From assembly GCA_965657355.1 (NCBI GenBank), contig CBFHOE010000012.1:43102-54696 (forward strand): a DNA stretch of 11,595 bases. The letters are read 5' to 3'. Below are positions 1 through 7,323 of the stretch, piece after piece; positions within the stretch are counted from its first letter, which is position 1; every line of letters begins with the position of its first letter. Below the pieces are notes generated by a model. It saw only the letters and a list, made by a program, of their open reading frames with translations, was not told the DNA's origin and did no database searches. The translations under genes were made by a program, and so were the position numbers. The DNA comes from Limisphaerales bacterium (GTDB taxonomy: Bacteria; Verrucomicrobiota; Verrucomicrobiia; Limisphaerales; JAJOIW01).

Positions 1-390
1 ACCAAAATAATTACGGAATGGGGTATCCAAAAAATGTGTGAGAAAAATGTTGCAGGGCATTTTATCTTTGTTGGCTCCCATGCTGGTGCTCACGGCTCTG
101 CTGGACAAATTGCCTACGCAACATCTAAAGGATGCCTTCGAGGGTTGGTCACTGCCTATTCCAAAGAGTTTGGAAGCCTGGGTATGAGGTTTCATCTTGT
201 CTTGCCGGGTTTTATGGAAACATCTATGACTAAGGGCCTGTCTGATAAGACTATAAAAGATTACCTTGATTTACAATCAATCGGGGAGTTTACAACACCT
301 GAAGCATCAGCTGAATTTATTTTGTTTCTCTTGAAGACAAAAAATGTAAGTGGACAGATTTTTAAACTTGATAGTCGTTTAAATTTCTAG
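1..390 (+). CDS. Short-chain dehydrogenase/reductase (SDR, FabG-like), C-terminal part; 5' end outside the window
   Basis: Frame 1 is open from base 1 (TKIITEWGIQK-MCEK...), so the ATG at 34 is probably internal. It has the SDR catalytic region VGSHAG...GQIAYATSK (Ser plus YxxxK), the PGFMETSMT motif and a C-terminal VSGQIF. The N-terminal Rossmann GxxxGxG is not in the window. Confidence 0.85.
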   Translation, partial: TKIITEWGIQKMCEKNVAGHFIFVGSHAGAHGSAGQIAYATSKGCLRGLVTAYSKEFGSLGMRFHLVLPGFMETSMTKGLSDKTIKDYLDLQSIGEFTTPEASAEFILFLLKTKNVSGQIFKLDSRLNF

Positions 391-465
391 AAATACATCT
401 CCGCGTTTAGAGGTCTCTTGAATAATTCGCTTTGCAGAATATGTAATAAATGTAGTCTTGTTGCT

Positions 466-1896
466 ATGCATATTTTGAGATCTTTAACGATTCTAATATT
501 CTTTGCAGCTGCTCATGGTTCAGCACAGGCCGAGAATTTAAATGTTCTAATGATATGTGTGGATGATCTCAGGCCTGAACTAAATAGCTTTGGTAAAAGC
601 TATGTGCATTCTCCCAACATAGACGAGTTAGCAAGCCGAGGGCGGGCTTTTACGAGACATTACGTCCAGGCTCCAACATGCGGTGCCTCAAGGTATACAC
701 TTTTAACGGGGAGATATGGACCTTATGGAAACGGAGCCCTTTTCTCGCGGGGGGCAAAATTACTCAAAGACAAAGACTCGGTATCTCCAAGTATGCCAGC
801 TTGGTTTCGCCAGCGTGGGTATACTACTGTCAGTGTTGGTAAAGTTTCCCACCACCCTGGAGGCAGGGGGGGGAAGGATTGGGATGATGATTCGCAACTT
901 GAGATGCCTCTTTCCTGGGATAGGCACATACTTCCTGCGGGGCCTTGGAAACACCCCAGAGGAGCAATGCATGGACTTGCTCACGGCGAGATTAGAGTGA
1001 ACGCTAAGCAGATGGATCTCATTCAGGCTCAAAAGGGGGATGACTCTATTTATCCGGACGGATTGATTGTAGACGAGGCCCTCAGTCAGATGAAGCAACT
1101 CTCAGCAGATAGAAAACAAAAGGGGATGCCCTTTTTCCTAGCGGTTGGCATCATCCGTCCCCATCTTCCGTTTGGTGCTCCAGAAAAATATTATCAACCC
1201 TACAAAGACGCTGATTTGCCGGATGTCCCCCATCCAAATAAACCCAAGGGCAAAACAACATGGCATGGTTCGGGTGAATTCATGAAATACAATAGATGGG
1301 GGCGAAACCCTAATAATGATAGGGAATTTTCTCTTTTAGTTCGCAAGCACTATGCGGCCTGTGTGACTTACGCAGACAGTCTGGTTGGTCGATTGATCGA
1401 CCAACTCAAGAAACTTGAGGAATATGATCGAACCGCTATCGTTCTTTGGGGTGATCATGGGTGGCATTTGGGCGAGCATGCCATTTGGGGAAAGCATTCA
1501 CTCTTTGAAGAATCACTGAGGAGCCCGCTTATTGTTGTTTACCCCGGGATAAAAAAACCCGGAGCAAAATCTAATGGGATTGTAGAAACGATTGATATCT
1601 TTCCTACTCTCTGTGACATAACCGGAATCGATATGCCAAAATATCTTCATGGACAATCGCTAAAAAGGATTTTAAACGACCCAGATTTGCCTGGGGATGT
1701 GGCCGTTTCCTACACGAGGGCCAGCACTATTCGAACGGACAGGTTTAGACTCATTGCTCACAAAAGTGGACAGGTGGAATTATATGATCATCACTCAAAG
1801 CTGGCGGAAACCGAGAATATGGCTGCCGCGTTTCCTGAAGTCACAAAACAATTACACGAAATCCTACAATCCCGGATAGCTCTCAAGTCTCAATAG
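466..1896 (+). CDS. Formylglycine-dependent (S1) sulfatase, iduronate-2-sulfatase/choline-sulfatase-like, with predicted Sec signal peptide
   Basis: Motifs NVLMICVDD (metal-binding DD), QAPTCGASR (Cys signature at 679-693), [51 protein letters not shown] and ELYD. ATG 466 gives [24 protein letters not shown], a signal peptide ending in an AxA site, so it is preferred over the TTG at 418. Confidence 0.92.
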   Translation: MHILRSLTILIFFAAAHGSAQAENLNVLMICVDDLRPELNSFGKSYVHSPNIDELASRGRAFTRHYVQAPTCGASRYTLLTGRYGPYGNGALFSRGAKLLKDKDSVSPSMPAWFRQRGYTTVSVGKVSHHPGGRGGKDWDDDSQLEMPLSWDRHILPAGPWKHPRGAMHGLAHGEIRVNAKQMDLIQAQKGDDSIYPDGLIVDEALSQMKQLSADRKQKGMPFFLAVGIIRPHLPFGAPEKYYQPYKDADLPDVPHPNKPKGKTTWHGSGEFMKYNRWGRNPNNDREFSLLVRKHYAACVTYADSLVGRLIDQLKKLEEYDRTAIVLWGDHGWHLGEHAIWGKHSLFEESLRSPLIVVYPGIKKPGAKSNGIVETIDIFPTLCDITGIDMPKYLHGQSLKRILNDPDLPGDVAVSYTRASTIRTDRFRLIAHKSGQVELYDHHSKLAETENMAAAFPEVTKQLHEILQSRIALKSQ

Positions 1897-1990
1897 ATTC
1901 AATGCTTTTTTTATTCCCTGAGAAAATTCACTCCCTCACCGCGGGACCTCAAGCCAGTAAATTTATTGCTGCCTTCTAATCCCTAGTGAT

Positions 1991-2001
1991 TGTGATATAA
2001 T
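1991..2001 (+). promoter_or_regulatory. Extended -10 sigma70-type promoter element for the FGE gene
   Basis: TGTG-A-TATAAT is a perfect TRTGnTATAAT, with TATAAT at 1996-2001, ending 18 nt upstream of the ATG at 2020. No convincing -35. Confidence 0.65.
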
Positions 2002-2019
2002 CTAATTAGCCTCAGAAAA

Positions 2020-3114
2020 ATGACAAAAAAACAAACTGGTAAACAAGGCTTGGGTAATATGGCGTATGTCTTTGTCGGGTGCCTGATAGCTCTGGGTTTT
2101 GTGCTCACTGACAAGCTAACTAATACTAATGAAGTTAAAGAAGAGCCAACTGATGAAGTGGCTTTTCAATGGAAAACCAATGGTATGGTCTTTATCCCAG
2201 GAGGTACTTTCATTATGGGAAATGATCTTGGTAAACCAGATGAAAGACCTGCCCATGAAGTTGAACTCAGTGGGTATTGGATGGATGCCACCGAGGTTAC
2301 GAATGGAGATTTTAAAAAGTTTGTCGAGGCGACTGGGTATATAACCGTTGCGGAAAAACAGCCCAATGTCGAAGATATTGAGGGAATGGATCCTGCTCAA
2401 ATTGATCCCACTTCATTGGTTCCGGGATCTGTTTGCTTCAGAGTTCCTGATCATCCGGTGACATCTTATGAAAACCACCTTCAATGGTGGACATATGTCC
2501 CCGGTGCAAACTGGAAGCAGCCATCCGGCGCTGGGTCAACTATTGAAGGCAAAGATAATTATCCTGTCGTTCACATTGCTTATGAAGATGCAGAGGCTTA
2601 TTGCAAGTGGGCTGGGAAAAGGCTCCCGACCGAGGCCGAATGGGCCTTTGCTGCACGAGGAGGGGAGAAAACCATGCGCTACATTTGGGGCAATGAAATG
2701 AAACCCGGAGGTGAGTGGAAGGCCAATATTTGGCAGGGTGACTTTCCCAATGGAAATTCTCTAGAGGACAAGTTTCTCGCGGCAAGTCCAGTAAAGACAT
2801 TTCCACCAAATAGTTATGGTCTTTATGATATGGGGGGGAACCTATGGGAATGGACTCAGGACTGGTACCGCCCGGACTATTACCTCTCCAGTCCAAAAAA
2901 GAACCCCAAAGGTCCCTCGTCGAGTTATGACCCGCAGGAACCTCACGTCAGAAAAAAGGTAACAAGGGGGGGCTCATTTCTTTGCAGCGACGTCTATTGT
3001 GTTGGATATAGGCAGACAGCCAGAATGAAATCTGCACCTGACACTGGGCTCATACATACAGGATTTCGGTGTGTTAGCGAGGCTCCAGCGCCAATTTTCA
3101 CTCAGGATAATTAA
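2020..3114 (+). CDS. Formylglycine-generating enzyme family protein (FGE-sulfatase/SUMF1), N-terminal membrane anchor
   Basis: Motifs MVFIPGGTFIMG, E.PAHEV, MDATEVTN, YPVVHIAYEDAEAYCKWAGKRLPTEAEW, FPPNSYGLYDMGGNLWEW, RGGSFLCSDVYCVGYR (CxxxxC at 2983-3000) and HTGFRCV. A hydrophobic segment MAYVFVGCLIALGFVL (2059-2106) follows a Lys-rich N-terminus. Confidence 0.92.
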   Translation: MTKKQTGKQGLGNMAYVFVGCLIALGFVLTDKLTNTNEVKEEPTDEVAFQWKTNGMVFIPGGTFIMGNDLGKPDERPAHEVELSGYWMDATEVTNGDFKKFVEATGYITVAEKQPNVEDIEGMDPAQIDPTSLVPGSVCFRVPDHPVTSYENHLQWWTYVPGANWKQPSGAGSTIEGKDNYPVVHIAYEDAEAYCKWAGKRLPTEAEWAFAARGGEKTMRYIWGNEMKPGGEWKANIWQGDFPNGNSLEDKFLAASPVKTFPPNSYGLYDMGGNLWEWTQDWYRPDYYLSSPKKNPKGPSSSYDPQEPHVRKKVTRGGSFLCSDVYCVGYRQTARMKSAPDTGLIHTGFRCVSEAPAPIFTQDN

Positions 3115-3187
3115 TCAGATTTTGGTGATATAAGAGAAGAATCTTGCGAAAGGTTCTTGCCTTCTATGCTCAGGTTTGATAATTCAC

Positions 3188-3235
3188 TTGACCCTTGGTC
3201 TCTCGATCAGGAAAGAATTCGAGAATCCGAGTCAA
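3188..3235 (+). promoter_or_regulatory. Imperfect stem-loop in the rpsP 5' region (candidate cis-regulatory leader)
   Basis: Pairing traced by hand: TTGAC(3188-92)/GTCAA(3231-35), TTGG(3195-98)/CCGA(3227-30, one G-U) and TCTCGA(3201-06)/TCGAGA(3219-24), with a CC bulge, a 2x2 internal loop and a 12-nt terminal loop. Function is not shown. Confidence 0.45.
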
Positions 3236-3259
3236 AACCAGCGGAAAAAGAACAAATAT

Positions 3260-3541
3260 ATGGCAGTTAAAATTAGATTAAGAAGAATGGGTCAAAAAGG
3301 AGCCCCGTTTTACCGTGTTGTGGTTACCGATTCTCGTAGCCCACGCGATGGCAAATTTATCGAAAATATTGGCACTTATGACCCGATGAAAAAAGGGATC
3401 AACTATGATTTTAAGCTCGATAGAGTTGATTATTGGATAGGCTGCGGTGCTCAGCCATCAGAAACCGTCTCCAGCTTGATTAAAAAGGCTCGAAAGAGCC
3501 AAGCTGCTGAAGAGGCATCAGCCAGTGCTGCCACTGCCTAA
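3260..3541 (+). CDS. rpsP: 30S ribosomal protein S16
   Basis: [42 protein letters not shown]...GAQPSETV is the canonical S16 sequence. The start is ATG 3260, not TTG 3176. It has a short Ala-rich C-terminal tail. Confidence 0.98.
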   Translation: MAVKIRLRRMGQKGAPFYRVVVTDSRSPRDGKFIENIGTYDPMKKGINYDFKLDRVDYWIGCGAQPSETVSSLIKKARKSQAAEEASASAATA

Positions 3542-3577
3542 ACCATTTTATCTACTTCCCTGGATTCAAATTCTATA

Positions 3578-3832
3578 ATGAAGGATTTCCTCGAGCTGGT
3601 TATCAAACCGTTGGTCAACTTTCCTGATGAGGTTGAGATTGAAAAAGAAGAAGACGATCGTTCTGTCGTCTACCAGCTCAGGCTAAACCCTGGAGATATA
3701 GGAAGAGTGGTGGGGAAAAATGGCAGCACCATCAACGCACTTCGAATCCTTATGCACGCCAAACCATCCGAAGATGGTAAACGCGTTGGTTTGGAATTAG
3801 TTGAAGATGAGCACGAAGAGGCTGCTGAATAA
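3578..3832 (+). CDS. khpA: Single KH-domain RNA-binding protein (KhpA/YlqC family)
   Basis: 84 aa with LV.FPDEV and DIGRVVGKNGSTINALR (intact GxxG loop GKNG). It sits in the usual position directly after rpsP. Confidence 0.9.
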   Translation: MKDFLELVIKPLVNFPDEVEIEKEEDDRSVVYQLRLNPGDIGRVVGKNGSTINALRILMHAKPSEDGKRVGLELVEDEHEEAAE

Positions 3833-3869
3833 AATTTAAACGAAAAGGTTCCCTTTTCCGACAGAAGGC

Positions 3870-4541
3870 ATGAAAGTTGACGTCATCTGTCTATTCCCTG
3901 GTATGTTTCAGGGGCCTCTGGACGAAAGTATTATTCAGAGAGCGCGATCTGAGGGTAAGATCGAAATAAATTTAATTAATTTGCGTGAATTCACGCATGA
4001 CAAGCATCATACCGTTGATGATCGCCCATTTGGCGGTGGACCCGGGATGGTCCTTAAGCCAGAGCCTCTCTTCGAGGCGGTAGATTCTCTTAAAGAGAAA
4101 GGGTCTAAGGTTTTGATGATGTCACCCTCTGGGAGAAGATTCGACCAGAAGTTGGCTCAAAGTTTTTCGAAGCTTTCGCATATCATTCTGATTTGCGGGC
4201 ACTACGAAGGAATTGATGCGCGAGTCGAATCACTCGTGGATCAAGTTATCTCGATCGGGGATTTTGTGCTCACCAATGGGGCTATTCCAGCACTAGCTGT
4301 TATCGACAGCGTCGTGCGGCTTATCCCTGGGGTTTTGGGGGACGACCAGAGCTCAATTGAAGAATCATTTTCGTCAGGCATGCTGGAATATCCCCAGTAT
4401 ACCAGGCCCGCCAGCTTCCGCGGTATGGAAGTTCCGGAAGTTCTTCTTTCCGGTAATCACGCGGAAATCGCGAAATGGAGAAAGCAAAAAGCTATTGAAA
4501 GGACTCGTGCCTTTCGCCCGGATTTAAATATAAAAGATTAA
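3870..4541 (+). CDS. trmD: tRNA (guanine37-N1)-methyltransferase
   Basis: Motifs LFPGMF, VDDRPFGGGPGMVLKPEP, ICGHYEGIDARV, SIGDFVLTNG, LEYPQYTRP and VPEVLLSGNH. Confidence 0.98.
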   Translation: MKVDVICLFPGMFQGPLDESIIQRARSEGKIEINLINLREFTHDKHHTVDDRPFGGGPGMVLKPEPLFEAVDSLKEKGSKVLMMSPSGRRFDQKLAQSFSKLSHIILICGHYEGIDARVESLVDQVISIGDFVLTNGAIPALAVIDSVVRLIPGVLGDDQSSIEESFSSGMLEYPQYTRPASFRGMEVPEVLLSGNHAEIAKWRKQKAIERTRAFRPDLNIKD

Positions 4542-4556
4542 ATAACTGACACCGCC

Positions 4557-4943
4557 ATGAACGAGGCAATATTAGAAAAAATAGAATCAGCCGATTTTCG
4601 CAAAAACGAGCTGAAGTTTAATGTAGGCGACACCGTAAAAGTGCACACAAGGGTTGTTGAAGGTGACAAAGAGCGAATTCAGATATTCGCAGGAGTCGTC
4701 ATTGGTCGCCGTGGCCGCGGACTCAATGCTACTTTTACCGTGAGAAGAATTTCTTATGGAGAGGGCGTGGAAAGGGTTTTTCCTGTCCATTCTCCACGCG
4801 TCGCCAAGGTCGTCGTTGAGCGACAGGGCTTAGTAAGACGTGCGAAACTCAACTATCTACGAGATAGGATTGGCAAAAAAGCTCTCTTAGTTAAGGAAAA
4901 AGATAGCCGTCTCAAGCGATCTAAAAAGGGAGCAAAGAAGTAA
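4557..4943 (+). CDS. rplS: 50S ribosomal protein L19
   Basis: Motifs [45 protein letters not shown] and [10 protein letters not shown]. It follows trmD. Confidence 0.98.
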   Translation: MNEAILEKIESADFRKNELKFNVGDTVKVHTRVVEGDKERIQIFAGVVIGRRGRGLNATFTVRRISYGEGVERVFPVHSPRVAKVVVERQGLVRRAKLNYLRDRIGKKALLVKEKDSRLKRSKKGAKK

Positions 4944-4975
4944 TTTAGCTTTTAACGACCCATTTATTTATGCAG

Positions 4976-5010
4976 AAGCCCTCACCAATCAATGGTGAGG
5001 GCTTTTTTTT
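4976..5010 (+). terminator. Intrinsic (Rho-independent) terminator after rplS, between convergent rplS and lysS
   Basis: AAGCCCTCACCA (4976-87), loop ATCAA, TGGTGAGGGCTT (4993-5004) form a perfect 12-bp stem that runs into T8 (5003-5010). The minus-strand U-tract is weak (TTCTGCAT). Confidence 0.9.
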
Positions 5011-5042
5011 AAAAAAAGTTTGTTACTTATTTTTATCTCATT

Positions 5043-6500
5043 TCAGGCCCTATCTTGAGGTTTTAATTGAGGAAAGAGGATGACATCTCGGATTGATTCT
5101 TGGCCCAGGAGCATCATGCATAATCTATCGATTCCCATTCCCATGCCTCCTGCGGGCGGCATCCCGTGTTCTAGAGCTACAAGGAAGTCTTCATCCAGTT
5201 TTTGTTGTTCCCCTCCAGCCTGTTGTTCCAAGCTTTCTCTTTGTTGGATGGGATCATTTTGCTCCGAGTAAGCGGGAGCTATCTCTTGACCATTAATGCA
5301 GCACTCAAAAACTTCTACTGTAGTCGGGTCATCAGGGGAAATTTTAGCCAGTGGAACGAGTTGCTTGGGAAGGTGTGTGACGAATGTGGGTTGAATAAGA
5401 TTTGGTTCAATGAACTTCTCGAATATAGCATTTGTGACCTCAAAGTCTTCATCGGTGTCATGGATCTCAGCCCCAAATTCTATTGCTTTAGCTCGCCTCT
5501 CCTCTGGAGTTATTTCAAACCAATCAGCTTGGGTTTTTTCTCGTATGAGATCCTTGTATTTCACTTTTTTCCAATCTGGCGTAAGATCGATGGTTTTGGT
5601 TACATTGCCTTCTGCATCTTTATGCTCCACCACAAGGGTCCCAAGGACAGATTGAGCAATGTGGCAAACCATACCCTGGACGAGGTCCATCATAGAATTG
5701 TAGTCCCCATACGCTTGATAAGCTTCCAGCATTGTGAACTCTGGATTATGCCTTCTCGAAAGACCTTCATTTCTAAAATTTCTTCCGATTTCAAAGACTT
5801 TATCGATTCCACCGACCAGAAGTCTCTTGAGATAGAGCTCTAGAGCGATTCGCATGTAGAAATCGCATCCCAGAGCATTGTGATGAGTGACAAAAGGCTG
5901 TGCTGCAGCTCCCCCCGGGATGGCTTGCATCATAGGTGTTTCTACTTCCACATATCCCTTTTCATGAAGGTAATTTCTAATTTCACGAAGTATACGACTT
6001 CTCAACAGAAATATTTTTTTCACTTCGGGGTTTCCTATGAGGTCTAAATACCTTTGGCGATACCTAATTTCAGTATCGACAAGCCCATGGAACTTCTCCG
6101 GAGGTGGGCGTAAAGCTTTTGCTAAATAAACAAACTCAGAGGTGTGGATTGTTTTCTCACCTGTTTTGGTGGTGAAAAGTTTACCTTTTACACCAATAAA
6201 ATCGCCAAGATCCACAGATTTCAGGGTGGCGAAGTCTTCATCGCCAAGGTCATTTTTAGAGGCATAAAATTGAGCTTTCCCTGATTGATCTGAGAGGTGC
6301 ACAAACATGCTCTTTCCCATGACCCTCTGGGCAATAACTCGACCTGCAATTTTGACTTCTTTGCCTTCCTCGTAGTCGTCCTTAACGTCCGAGCATTTCT
6401 CTGATGGATCGAAATTATTTTGAAATGGGTCTAAGCCATTCTCTCTCAAGGCCTGAAGTTTTTGGCGCCTTTGTTCTACTAATTTATTTGAGTCGTCCAT
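5043..6500 (-). CDS. lysS: Lysine--tRNA ligase, class II
   Basis: It has an OB-fold anticodon domain (KIAGRV...MGKSMF...DLGDFIGVKG), YRQRYLDL, motif 1 YVEVETPMM, GGAAAQPFVTHHN, motif 2 FEIGRNFRNEG..RRHNPEFTMLE and motif 3 GMPPAGGMGMGIDRL. The start is placed at the ATG ending at 6500 (MDDSNKL...) rather than the GTG at 6542. Confidence 0.97.
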   Translation of the reverse strand: MDDSNKLVEQRRQKLQALRENGLDPFQNNFDPSEKCSDVKDDYEEGKEVKIAGRVIAQRVMGKSMFVHLSDQSGKAQFYASKNDLGDEDFATLKSVDLGDFIGVKGKLFTTKTGEKTIHTSEFVYLAKALRPPPEKFHGLVDTEIRYRQRYLDLIGNPEVKKIFLLRSRILREIRNYLHEKGYVEVETPMMQAIPGGAAAQPFVTHHNALGCDFYMRIALELYLKRLLVGGIDKVFEIGRNFRNEGLSRRHNPEFTMLEAYQAYGDYNSMMDLVQGMVCHIAQSVLGTLVVEHKDAEGNVTKTIDLTPDWKKVKYKDLIREKTQADWFEITPEERRAKAIEFGAEIHDTDEDFEVTNAIFEKFIEPNLIQPTFVTHLPKQLVPLAKISPDDPTTVEVFECCINGQEIAPAYSEQNDPIQQRESLEQQAGGEQQKLDEDFLVALEHGMPPAGGMGMGIDRLCMMLLGQESIRDVILFPQLKPQDRA

Positions 6501-6512
6501 TATTGGTGGGAG

Positions 6513-6541
6513 ATCATGGCATGAAACGGGAAACGTTTCCA
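6513..6541 (-). promoter_or_regulatory. Putative sigma70 promoter for lysS overlapping a 12-bp palindrome
   Basis: The minus strand reads TGGAAA-N17-CATGAT with TG in the extended -10 position (TG-C-CATGAT). The perfect palindrome GGAAACGTTTCC at 6529-6540 overlaps the -35. Confidence 0.4.
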
Positions 6542-6627
6542 CTAAAAGACCTAAGGAAATGCGGTATTTTTTAGTTCCAAATTCTTATTTTTAATGAGTA
6601 AAACCTCGGTTGAATTCACAATAGATC

Positions 6628-6656
6628 TTGATGGGTAACTCTGGAGTATCTAACTT
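6628..6656 (+). promoter_or_regulatory. Putative sigma70 promoter for the plsY-gpsA-thrB-dsbD unit
   Basis: TTGATG (6628-33), exactly 17 nt, then TAACTT (6651-56), ending 10 nt before ATG 6667. Confidence 0.45.
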
Positions 6657-6666
6657 CAACGCGTCT

Positions 6667-7323
6667 ATGCTCATTAGTTATCTTCTAGCCCTGGTTTTTG
6701 GTTACATAAGTGGTGCTACTCCATTTGGATATCTCGTGGCTAAAAATATGGGGGTGAATATTCTGGAAATGGGAAGTAAGAATATTGGGGCCACAAATGT
6801 TTCCCGAGTTTTAGGCAAGAAACCGGGGATTCTTGTTTTTGTTTTGGATCTAGCGAAAGGAGCTCTGGGTGTGATACTCGCATCCAAGCTCCTTAACAAT
6901 GAATCGAACAGCCCGGATTTGTTAGGGCTTATCGCAGGCGTTGGAGCAATATTAGGACACAATTTTACCTTTTGGCTAAAATTCAAAGGCGGAAAAGGGA
7001 TCGCCACAACATCTGGCGTTTTGCTTGGCTTAACCCCATGGACTTTCCTTATTTTAATTTCTACCTGGGGCATTATTTTCAAACTTACAAGATACGTATC
7101 GGTCGCCTCCATATTAGCCGCTTTTTTAATGCCATTTATCGTTTATTTTATTGATGATGGAAACCCGGTCCTGGTGTGGTCAACGGCAATATTAGGTGCT
7201 CTTGCCATAGTCAGGCATAAAGCAAATATAGTGAGGCTCTTGAACGGCACGGAAAACCGATTCGAGAAAAAAGGTCCAACAGAAAAGAATTCTGAAAAAA
7301 ATCTTGAAGATGCAAAAAAGTAG
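6667..7323 (+). CDS. plsY: Glycerol-3-phosphate 1-O-acyltransferase PlsY
   Basis: Multi-pass membrane protein with GSKNIGATNV.R, DLAKG, GHNF...FKGGKGIAT, TRYVSVASI and RHKANIVRLLNGTE. ATG 6667 (MLISYLL...) is preferred over 6628/6631, which coincide with the predicted -35. Confidence 0.96.
   Translation: MLISYLLALVFGYISGATPFGYLVAKNMGVNILEMGSKNIGATNVSRVLGKKPGILVFVLDLAKGALGVILASKLLNNESNSPDLLGLIAGVGAILGHNFTFWLKFKGGKGIATTSGVLLGLTPWTFLILISTWGIIFKLTRYVSVASILAAFLMPFIVYFIDDGNPVLVWSTAILGALAIVRHKANIVRLLNGTENRFEKKGPTEKNSEKNLEDAKK

Noticed and set aside
418..465. Cys-rich N-terminal extension of the sulfatase (CxxCxxC)
   Set aside because: It depends on a TTG start upstream of a clean signal peptide at ATG 466. 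The region is AT-rich and looks like a promoter.
1897..1915. T-run after the sulfatase stop as a terminator
   Set aside because: No GC-rich hairpin precedes it.
716..2896. Small overlapping ORFs inside the sulfatase and FGE genes
   Set aside because: They are nested in motif-rich genes and show no coding signal of their own.
3188..3235. SRP (4.5S) RNA interpretation of the hairpin, prompted by TCAGG and GGAA and the usual ffh-rpsP linkage
   Set aside because: It lacks the domain IV arrangement (CAGG, short stem, GNRA loop, short stem, AGCAG) and is too short.
3176..3259. 28-aa N-terminal extension of S16 in the ORF track
   Set aside because: The conserved S16 start MAVKIRL begins at ATG 3260. 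The TTG-started extension covers the putative promoter and leader hairpin.
5003..5017. T8-A7 homopolymer inverted repeat
   Set aside because: It is the terminator U-tract next to an A-run, with no loop and no independent evidence of function.
5202..5843. 213-aa plus-strand ORF antisense to lysS
   Set aside because: It lies entirely inside lysS on the opposite strand, has no recognisable motif and has the F/L/S/I-rich composition of a shadow frame.
5043..6500. EpmA/PoxA (EF-P lysyltransferase) instead of LysRS
   Set aside because: The protein is full length and has the N-terminal OB-fold anticodon domain, which EpmA lacks.
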